Notes under the pieces: model-generated
Database searches by the model: none
The model's input: the letters and a program-made list of their open reading frames with translations, nothing else
Told to the model about the DNA's origin: nothing
Shown: one piece after another, positions 1-9,379 of the stretch
Layout of the letters: each line of letters begins with the position of its first letter
How positions within the stretch are numbered: position 1 is the first letter of the stretch
Position numbers and translations under genes: made by a program
Assembly (NCBI GenBank): GCA_030141605.1
Contig: JAQGDQ010002199.1
Location: 1-9,379, forward strand
Direction: 5' to 3'
Source: Tubiluchus corallicola
Taxonomy: Eukaryota > Animalia > Priapulida
DNA length: 9,379 nucleotides

Positions 1-313
1 AACAACAGATGATTTTTCATATACTAGCCCATTTTAAAGTCGTAAAAAAGTACACATTTTAATACAATTAATACTGCAATTGCGTTTCTAATTAACTGTG
101 CGCGAGTTCGACTTTTGACGACATCACAAACGAACATAATTTTAAACAGTGAAAATATTCCACATGCGTGTTCCACGTGTGAAGGCGAATATTGAAGTAC
201 ATTGCTACTGTAACATATTCAGTGTGTTATAATAAAATTAGGCAAATTTTAAGATAAAAATTCAAATTTCAAATTTACCGCTCTGCTCACGCATAAGCTG
301 TCAAACGTGTGTA
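1..313 (+). mobile_element. Truncated copy of a non-autonomous TTAA-type (Kolobok-like) MITE family; left terminus at or just outside the window edge
   Basis: Colinear diverged direct repeat of 8912-9248. Shared blocks include AATACAATTAATACT, ACTTTTGACGACRTCACAAACSAACATAATTTT, ATTGAAGTACA, ATTCAGTGTGTT and TTTTAAGATAAAAATT. Similarity stops after TGTGTAG (~313); the right TIR is absent. Confidence 0.75.
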
Positions 314-325
314 GTGAGTAGTGTG

Positions 326-649
326 TAGATTATTTTGACCTACAGTTTAAGATTGGCTCTGGTTTTGCTTTAAATATGTTGCGTTTCATCTGGTAAGAAA
401 CAGTTCGTTATACTCACACATCCGTTTACTATTCAGATTTGGCGCTGCTTAACTATTCCAGTAAACACCATAATGAACAAACTTTTTAAGAATAGATTGT
501 TTTAGCCTATAGTTTAGGATTGGTTTTGGTTTTTCCTTTTAAGTCTTCTGCGTATTATCTGGTAAGAAACTGTTCGTGGTACTCCCCCATCCATTTACTA
601 TTCAGATTTAGTGTTTCGTAACTATTTCGGTAACACCATAGTGACCACA
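326..649. repeat. Diverged tandem dimer, ~167-bp unit
   Basis: Units start at 326 (TAGATTATTTTGACCTACAGTTTAAGATTGG) and 493 (TAGATTGTTTTAGCCTATAGTTTAGGATTGG). They share ATCTGGTAAGAAACWGTTCGT, TTTACTATTCAGATTT and AACACCATARTGA. Confidence 0.9.
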
Positions 650-720
650 TTCTAACCACTCAACCAAAGATGCTGGTTTCGTTGCTGTTGTCACCGCTTC
701 TCACAGTAGTGGTGGCTACT

Positions 721-954
721 GCTGCTGCTGTTGTTGTTGCTGTTGCTGCTGCTGTTGTTGCTGTTGTTGCTGCTGTTGTTGTTGCTGTTGTTGTTGCTGT
801 TGTTGTTGTTGCTGTTGTTGTTGCTGTTGTTGTTGCTGTTGTTGTTGCTGCTGCTGTTGTTGCTGTTGTTGTTGTTGTTGCTGTTGTTGTTGCTGTTGCT
901 GTTGTTGTTGTTGCTGTTGCTGTTGCTGTTGCTGTTGTTGTTGTTGTTGTTGTT

Positions 955-987
<33 letters not shown>

Positions 988-998
988 GCTGCTGCTGT

Positions 999-1036
<38 letters not shown>

Positions 1037-1067
1037 CTGTTGTTGTTGTTGCTGTTGCTGCTGCTGC
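721..1067. repeat. Mixed (GTT/GCT)n trinucleotide microsatellite, ~115 units
   Basis: Directly visible; single ATT variant at ~955. Confidence 0.98.
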
Positions 1068-1348
1068 CGAGACAATGCTACGACGATGAAGATCACATCT
1101 GAAGATTTCAAAAAAAGCTAAACATCAGGTTAAATAAGAAAGATCCTACATTCTACCTTTCACTCTTGTCACTGTAATATTGGTAATTACAACAAATTCT
1201 TATCTATGGTCACAATCACTAAAAGATTTCTCGAGGCGCACGTGTCATTATCCTCATTAACCACAGTTAACATTTTCGCAAATAACATTTCAGTTTTTTT
1301 AAGGCAAATTTACAGGAACGATCCGCTACGACACTCACGATTTATCCC

Positions 1349-1653
1349 CAGGGAACGAGGGCGGATCTACGGGGGTGTTCAAAACACCTCCGTCCCCGTG
1401 CAGGGAACTAGGGCGGATCCACGAGTGTTCAAAACACTTCCATCTCCGTGCAGGAAACGAGGGCGGATCCACGAAAGTGTTCAAAACACCTCCATCTCCG
1501 TGCAGGAACGAGGGCGGATCCACGAAAGTGTTCAAGACACCTCCATCTCCGTGCAGGGAACGAGGGCGGATCTGCGAAAGTGTTCAAAACACTTCCATCT
1601 CCGTGCAGGGAACGAGGGCGGATCCACGAAAGTGTTCAAAACACCTCCATCTC
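1349..1653. repeat. GC-rich minisatellite, ~52-bp unit x ~6
   Basis: Consensus CAGGGAACGAGGGCGGATCCACGAAAGTGTTCAAAACACCTCCATCTCCGTG; units start at 1349, 1401, 1451, 1503, 1554 and 1606. Confidence 0.97.
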
Positions 1654-1860
1654 AGAGCAGGCACTTTTTGATGGGAGTTTTCAAAATTTTTAATTTAGTT
1701 AAGAAACCAATTATAATAGATCTACTGCGTGAGGCAGTATGATTTATGCTGACAATTAAAAACTTGATTACTTAATTAACTGATAATTAATTAATTAATT
1801 AACTCTTGGTCTATAAAACTTGAGTTATTGAATTTTTGATTTATTGAAATCAGTTATTAA

Positions 1861-2380
1861 AGGAAAATTGGACGATAGATTGGTATCAATCTCATTTTAA
1901 TTTACTGCCCAAAATATACATTGTCTATAAAAGTTAGCAGTTGTTTCCGATATTTGAATAATTACCTTAATTAACGGCAGCCGAGCACACTTATCGCTTA
2001 CGTCACAAACTAACCTCAGTCTGCGCAATGGTAGGCTTCTTCCTTGCGGGTCAACAACGTTTGCATAAGCGAAAATTGTTACAAGATGCTGACGTGATGT
2101 CACGAAAATGAGCTCTACGTCACAATGACGTCACAGACGAACACAGCAGTTCATGATCATGCATATCACTGTACCGCGTCTATTTCTCGGCATGCGAATG
2201 TGACAAAAAGCGGCCATTGCCAGTATCAGTACATTCACTGAGCCGCGCGTAGCTTTGAAAGTTTAACAAAATTTAACTATCCGAAGTAATTATTAGTTAA
2301 TCTAAACTTTGATATAAGAAAAACTGTTGCAGCTTTCAATATTTTAGGGTATTCTTCATTTTGAACTGTCTACACAATCG

Positions 2381-2392
<12 letters not shown>
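1861..2392 (+). mobile_element. Complete 532-bp non-autonomous DNA transposon (Kolobok / T2-MITE-like)
   Basis: TTAA on both sides (1857-1860, 2393-2396). Left end AGGAAAATTGGACGAT vs reverse complement of right end AGGAAAACCGGACGAT (14/16). TTAA TSD with RR...YY (AGG...CCT) ends is the Kolobok signature, unlike the CCY starts of piggyBac. No transposase ORF. The first ~155 bp are colinear with 8912-9065. Confidence 0.82.
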
Positions 2393-2772
<380 letters not shown>

Positions 2773-2913
2773 AAATGCACAATATTTATGAATAACTTTT
2801 TCAAATAAGAAACTTTACGTGAAACAAGAAAACTTTTAATCATCATATTAATAAATATTCTTATGGTGCATCTTTAGGGCCCTTAAGATTCAGGCTACAT
2901 GTCATCAACATAA

Positions 2914-3349
2914 TTTCTCTCGCTCCCTCCCTCTTTCCCTTTCTCTCTCTCTCTCTCTCTCTCTCGCTCTCTCTTTTCCCTTTCTCTCCCACTCTTTCTT
3001 ACTTTCGCTCTTCCTCTGAGTAAAGAACAGAGACAGAGGGAGCGAGAAAGACAGTAAGAGAGAAATAGGCAGAGGAAGAGCGAAAGTAAGAAGGAGTGGG
3101 AGAAAGGGCAAAGGAGAGAGAGTGAGTAAAGAACAGAGACAGAGGGAGCGAGAAAGACAGTAAGATAGAAATAGACACACTCTCTCCTTTGCCCTTTCTC
3201 TCTATCCCAATTCTCTCTCTCTTTGTAACTTTTCCTCTCTCCTCTCTCTCTCTCTCTCCTCTCTCCCTCCCTCACACACACTCACTCACTCTTACTCTCT
3301 CTCCTCCCTTTCTCGTCTTTCTATTCTCTCTCTCTCTCTCTTTCTCTCT
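2914..3349. repeat. CT-rich low-complexity region containing a cryptic ~106-bp tandem repeat with an inverted (GA-rich) core at 3019-3175
   Basis: Direct repeat 3017-3068 / 3123-3174 (51/52). Inverted pairs 2978-3018 / 3070-3108 and 3100-3124 / 3176-3200. Confidence 0.88.
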
Positions 3350-3350
3350 G

Positions 3351-3650
<300 letters not shown>

Positions 3651-4076
3651 CCCACTCAATAATACTATACAATTCCATCATTACTTTTACTTTCATAACT
3701 TCTCTAATCAATGGTGGACTTTCAACAAAACATTTCAAAACCCTAGAAACTGTAATCTAGCAAAACAAAAATCAATAAGCCGCTTTCACACTAGGCTACG
3801 TTGAGCGCAAACGCCGGTAATTAAGAAAAAAATCTATCCCGCTGAAATTTCCGTTAAAATCCCCCCAACAATTTCAGGGAAGCCATGCTGATGTAAAACG
3901 GGACCGAGTCTCTCAAGTTAATACCATGAACGCCATTAGTGGTTTCTCAGAAAGTCAATGGCTTCCCAGGCACTGATGCATGAAATCGAATTTTCAAAAG
4001 CTTTTGCTGGCATATTAAAATTATTATAATCAGGACTCGGCGTCACGTTTCATCTCATTACAAGAACCTTGGGAAG

Positions 4077-6252
4077 TGACACGAATTAAATTATTAATTT
4101 CTATTCAGCTCGGTTTGTTAATTGCGCATTTTAATGAGTTTAGATGGTGTCAGATTTCAGCACTCTAAGATAGACCGTAGACACTAGACCGGGTGATCTG
4201 TGGTCTACGGTCTATGGTCTATGGTCTACTGACACGAATTGAATTATTAATTTCTATTCAGCTCGGTTTGTTAATTGCGCATTTTAATGAGTTTAATTGG
4301 TGTCAGATTTCAGCACTCTAAGATAGACCGTAGACACTAGACCGGGTGATCTGTGGTCTACGGTCTATGGTCTGCTGGCATGATTGTATAGACACTAGAC
4401 CGGGTGATCTGTGGTCTATGGTCTATGGTCTACTGGCATGATTGTATAGACACTAGACCAGGGTGATCTGTGGTCTACGGTCTATTGGTCTACTGGCATG
4501 ATTGCATAGACACTAGACCAGGGTGATCTGTGGTCTACGGTCTATGGTCTATGGTCTACTGACACGAATTGAATTATTAATTTCTATTCAGCTCGGTTTA
4601 TTAATTGCGCATTTTAATGAGTTTAGATGGTGTCAGATTTCAGCACTCTAAGATAGACCGTAGACACTAGACCGGGGTGATCTGTGGTCTATGGTCTATG
4701 GTCTATGGTCTACTGATACGAATTAAATTATTAATTTCTATTCAGCTCGGTTTGTTAATTGCGCATTTTAATGAGTTTAGATGGTGTCAGATTTCAGCAC
4801 TCTAAGATAGACCGTAGACACTAGACCGGGTGATCTGTGGTCTACGGTCTATGGTCTATGGTCTGCTGGCATGATTGTATAGACACTAGACCGGGTGATC
4901 TGTGGTCTATGGTCTATGGTCTACTGGCATGATTGCATAGACACTAGACCAGGGTGATCTGTGGTCTATGGTCTATGGTCTATGGTCTACTGACACGAAT
5001 TGAATTATTAATTTCTATTCAGCTCGGTTTATTAATTGCGCATTTTAATGAGTTTAGATGGTGTCAGATTTCAGCACTCTAAGATAGACCGTAGACACTA
5101 GACCGGGTGATCTATGGTCTACGGTCTATGGTCTATGGTCTATGGTCTGCTGGCATGATTGTATAGACACTAGACCGGGTGATCTGTGGTCTACTGTCTA
5201 TTGGTCTACTGGCATGATTGCATAGACACTAGACCAGGGTGATCTGTGGTCTACGGTCTATGGTCTACAGGCATGATTGCGTAGACAGTAGACCAGGGTG
5301 ATCTGTGGTCTACGGTCTATGGTCTTGCTGGCGTGATTGTATCGATGCTAGACCACGGTGGTCTATGGTCTATGGTCTACTGGCATGATTGTATAGACAC
5401 TAGACCAGGGTGATCTGTGGTCTACGGTCTATTGGTCTACTGGCATGATTGCATAGACACTAGACCAGGGTGATCTGTGGTCTATGGTCTATGGTCTATG
5501 GTCTACTGACACGAATTGAATTATTAATTTCTATTCAGCTCGGTTTATTAATTGCGCATTTTAATGAGTTTAGATGGTGTCAGATTTCAGCACTCTAAGA
5601 TAGACCGTAGACACTAGACCGGGTGATCTATGGTCTACGGTCTATGGTCTATGGTCTATGGTCTGCTGGCATGATTGTATAGACACTAGACCGGGTGATC
5701 TGTGGTCTACTGTCTATTGGTCTACTGGCATGATTGCATAGACACTAGACCAAGGTGATCTGTGGTCTACAGTTTATGGTCTGCTGGCATGATTGTATAG
5801 ACACTAGACCAGGGTCATCTGTGGTCTACGGTCTATGGTCTACAGGCATGATTGCGTAGACAGTAGACCAGGGTGATCTGTGGTCTACAGTCTATGGTCT
5901 TGCTGGCGTGATTGTATCGATGCTAGACCACGGTGATCTATGGTCTACGGTCTACTGGCATGATTTTATAGACACTAGACCGGCTGATCTATGGTTTACG
6001 GTCTACGGTCTATGGTCTGATTTTATAGACACTAGACCGGGTGATCTATGGTCTACAGTCTACGGTCTATGGTCTGATTGTATAGACACTAGACCAGGGT
6101 GATATGTGGTCTACGATCTATGGTCTGCTGGCATGATTGCACAGATACTAGACCAGGGTGATCTGTGGTCTACGGTCTATGGTCTGATTGTATAGACACT
6201 AGACCAGGGTGATCTGTGGTCTACGATCTATGGTCTATGGTCTGATTGTATA
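4077..6252. repeat. Composite hairpin minisatellite: 6 long (146-160 bp) and ~21 short (52-66 bp) units sharing one core
   Basis: Core TAGACACTAGACC(A)GGGTGATCTGTGGTCTAYGGTCTA with a variable number of 7-bp GGTCTAY subrepeats. Long units start TGACACGAATT (4077, 4230, 4560, 4714, 4991, 5507); short units mostly start TGGCATGATTG. Confidence 0.97.
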
Positions 6253-6373
6253 CGCAGTGGAATTTTTCTTTTTAAACAACGGCTGGTAGCTTGCCTTTAT
6301 TAAAGCACTGAAAATTTCTTGCTTTCAGAAGTTTAACTGAGGCAAACGAAGGTTTTAATGAAGCCAGTCTAGT

Positions 6374-6838
6374 AACCAACCAACCACCCAACCAACCAAC
6401 CACCCAACCAATCAACCCACCAACCAACCAACCAACAAACCAACCAACGAACGAACAAACCAGCCAACCAATCAAAGAACGAACAAAGCAGCCAACCAAT
6501 GAATCAACCCACCAACCAACAAGCCAACGAACGAACAAACAAACCAACAATGTGAGCAACAAATAAAGCAACCAAACAATCAAATTGTTAATTAGTTAGC
6601 TAAACAACCGATCAACAAACCAACCAACTAACCAATCATTTAACCAATTCACCGACCAACCAACAACCAACAAACTAATCAACCAATCGTACACAACCAA
6701 CTAACAAATCTCCCAACTCACCAACTTACAAATTGTTTAACCAACCAATCAACCCACAAGCTAACCGACCAAACAACCAACCAAACAATGAACTACCCAA
6801 CGAGCTAACCAACTTTCTAACCAACCCTCAAACCAACC
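6374..6838. repeat. Degenerate (AACC)n tetranucleotide microsatellite
   Basis: AACC/AACG/AATC/AACA variants in 4-bp phase. Confidence 0.93.
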
Positions 6839-7680
6839 CCCGATCGATGCTGCCCTATTTTAAAATTTCAGTCCACAACTGTCAGTTTTCCCCAGGGATG
6901 AGAATGCTCAATTATCATGTGAAACAGGGATACATCCCACTAAGAAACTGAACAAATGAAAAACATCTACACTGACAGTGACATTCGTCAAGGTTAAATG
7001 CCTCCGAGAAAAAAGATTTTCACGATTGTCTAAACAACAAAATCAATCAGATTATCGTGATGGGTTTTTGCGCAAGCAGTATGTGGCGCCATCTTTCGAC
7101 GAAAGATGAAGAGATAGATTTTGTGGACAATGTCTTTCGCGTTTATGGTAATGTATTAAAATTAGTTAAACAAAGCTGTGATGTAAGTAAATAATGCTAT
7201 TCTTCCAAAGCTATGTTTGGTCACCGATAGGTGGCAGTGCGTTCGTGCACATGATTATGAAACTAGTTCGGAGAGTGAGATTAACATTGGGCTATCCACT
7301 TACTGAATTTTTTCTGCCAGATGGCTTGGATATGTTATTTAGAAACATTTAGAAATAAATCCAAATTAATTTGTTAATTTAAATAATAATTTAAATTTAA
7401 TTTAATTTAATAATGCCATTTTCGTTGTCGTTGGATAGGTTTTTTTGTTTTTAATTTAGTTTCCGGCGTAAGTTTACTGTGATGTCACAGTAATTTTTTA
7501 GAAACTGTTTAATTATTTATTATTTAATTACCATGAAATAAATTTTACTGTACATCTCATATAACGTCTATCGATCGTCCAATGACATTGCGCCATCTAC
7601 CTTCCATCGTGAAATTGTATGTTCTCTTGTCCACGATGCAGTTTTGTACACTAAAATAATTCTGTAATGTTGTAATAAGT

Positions 7681-8170
<490 letters not shown>

Positions 8171-8202
8171 TATTCTATATACAACTATATTTAATCAGTC
8201 TG

Positions 8203-8345
8203 AATTGCTCGTCGAACTCTGCTTCGTGTGGTGCCCTTCCGGCGGTTCCTTTAAGTTTTGTGACTCTCCGCGTTTCTTGAAACTGCAACATTGGGCGGAC
8301 ACGACTTAAAGGAACCGCCGGAAGGGCACCACACGAAGAGCAATT
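8203..8345. repeat. Perfect 35-bp inverted repeat with 47-bp spacer, carrying outward-facing TTAA-AGG termini
   Basis: 8222-8256 CTTCGTGTGGTGCCCTTCCGGCGGTTCCTTTAAGT is the exact reverse complement of 8304-8338. A further 7 bp pair (8203-8209 / 8339-8345) after a 12-nt bulge. Confidence 0.95.
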
Positions 8346-8487
8346 TACGGCAAAACATTCTTTCAATTCCTAGCTACTGTTCGTGAAATTTTTCCAAAAT
8401 TTTGAGGGGTGTGTCAATAAAGCAACAGGCCTTTCACAAAATGTGAACTGGCCTGCCTCACCTACTGCTATAATAATAACTATTATG

Positions 8488-8520
8488 ATCATCATCATCA
8501 TCATCATCGTCGTCTTCATC

Positions 8521-8552
<32 letters not shown>

Positions 8553-8727
8553 TGTCATCATCATCATCATCATCGTGACCACCATCATCATCATTATCGT
8601 CATCATCATTGTCGCTGTCATCATCGCCGTCATCATAATTTCAGTTGTCATATCACCATCGTCGTCGTCATCATCATCATCGTCATCGTCATCAAAGTCA
8701 TTATCATCATCATCATTGTCATCGTCG
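8488..8727. repeat. Degenerate (CAT)n microsatellite
   Basis: CAT/CGT/CAC triplet variants in phase. Confidence 0.95.
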
Positions 8728-8787
8728 CCGTTCGTAACATGTTTTGTGACTCTCCACGATCTTTCAAAATTAGAGATGTCCCTTTAA

Positions 8788-9358
8788 GGTAAAATCCACG
8801 CAGGTGAGCAATCTACCTCCCTCTTGGCTTACTTGATGATTGAAATCCACGCAGGTGAGCAATCTACCTCCCTCTTGGCTTACTTGATGATCGAATTCCA
8901 CACAGGTGAGCAAAACAGGACGATTTTTGATATGCTACCCAATTTTGAAGAACGGTAAAAGTATACATTTAAATACAATTAATACTACAAAAGCGGCTCT
9001 GATAATTGAATAATAGATTAACTAAAGGGAGACGAGCCCAACTTTTGACGACGTCACAAACCAACATAATTTTCAACATCGAAAATCATCGACGAGCATG
9101 TTGCATGTGTTTGTGATAGCGCAAATTGAAGTACAGTGCCACTGTAAGAGATTCAGTGTGTTGTACTAAAACTAGGCAAGTTTTAAGATAAAAATTAAAA
9201 TTTCAATTTTACCGTTGTGCTCAGGCATGAGCTGTCGATCATGTGTAGCACGTCACAAACGAACATCCCTGAATTGACAGATACAGCACCTGTTTTTGTG
9301 GTGTATTTTGGACGCAAATAAAAATCAGATTGAGTCTAAACAATCGTCCGGTTTTTCT
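8788..9358 (+). mobile_element. Kolobok-like MITE of the same family as 1-313 and 1861-2392; left TIR apparently split by the 51-bp repeat
   Basis: Right end 9334-9362 GTCTAAACAATCGTCCGGTTTTTCTTTAA is 27/29 identical to 2368-2396. Left TIR remnant AAAACAGGACGATT at 8912-8925. TTAA at 8784-8787 and 9359-9362. The left boundary is inferred. Confidence 0.75.
8792..8913. repeat. 51-bp tandem repeat x ~2.4
   Basis: AAATCCACGCAGGTGAGCAATCTACCTCCCTCTTGGCTTACTTGATGATYG at 8792 and 8843, partial at 8894. Confidence 0.96.
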
Positions 9359-9379
9359 TTAAAGTATGTCTGATAACGT

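Noticed and set aside
670-1102. Poly-Val/Ala and poly-Leu ORFs, and a minus-strand CAA/CAG poly-Gln reading with apparently synonymous variation
   Set aside because: Pure microsatellite translation. The poly-Gln frame is broken by TAA at ~955 and there is no complex coding flank.
1206-1742. 178-aa ORF and overlapping ORFs
   Set aside because: They run through a 50-52-bp minisatellite with frame-shifting unit lengths, several frames are open, and no domain is recognisable.
1772-1803. (TTAA)n-like palindromic run
   Set aside because: Short AT-rich simple repeat with no independent evidence that it is an excision footprint.
1897-2103. 68-aa minus-strand ORF inside the MITE
   Set aside because: Short, no transposase motifs, and no equivalent ORF is listed for the related copies.
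4077-6252. CRISPR-like repeat-spacer appearance; hammerhead/retrozyme or tRNA array
   Set aside because: The linkers are two recurring sequences rather than unique spacers, there are no cas genes, and I found no CTGANGA/GAAA core or tRNA consensus on either strand.
6272-6951. Hydrophobic W/V/G-rich and N/Q/P-rich ORFs
   Set aside because: Products of the degenerate (AACC)n tract.
8310-8783. Single MITE bounded by TTAA|AGG (8306) and CCT|TTAA (8787)
   Set aside because: The ends match over only 5 of 6 bp (AGGAAC vs AGGGAC) and then diverge, which is insufficient as a TIR pair.

Overview
Non-coding, repeat-saturated eukaryotic DNA (inferred invertebrate/animal from the repeat landscape; species not determinable). 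I find no credible protein-coding gene, RNA gene or CRISPR array, and most listed ORFs are translations of simple or tandem repeats. The window holds three same-orientation members of one non-autonomous TTAA-site DNA transposon family with RR...YY ends (Kolobok/T2-MITE-like: 1-313, 1861-2392, ~8788-9358), plus extra orphan or duplicated TTAA-AGG termini. It also has a 2.2-kb two-module hairpin minisatellite with higher-order structure (4077-6252), three smaller tandem repeats (167, 52 and 51 bp units) and several long microsatellites. Several local rearrangements can be reconstructed by eye: a 157-bp in-place inversion, a 43-bp duplication around a (GA)n tract, an outward-facing TIR palindrome and a tandem repeat splitting a TIR. 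I cannot support a new gene-based system. The best leads are the hairpin array and the TTAA-element cluster. All alignments and counts were done by eye.
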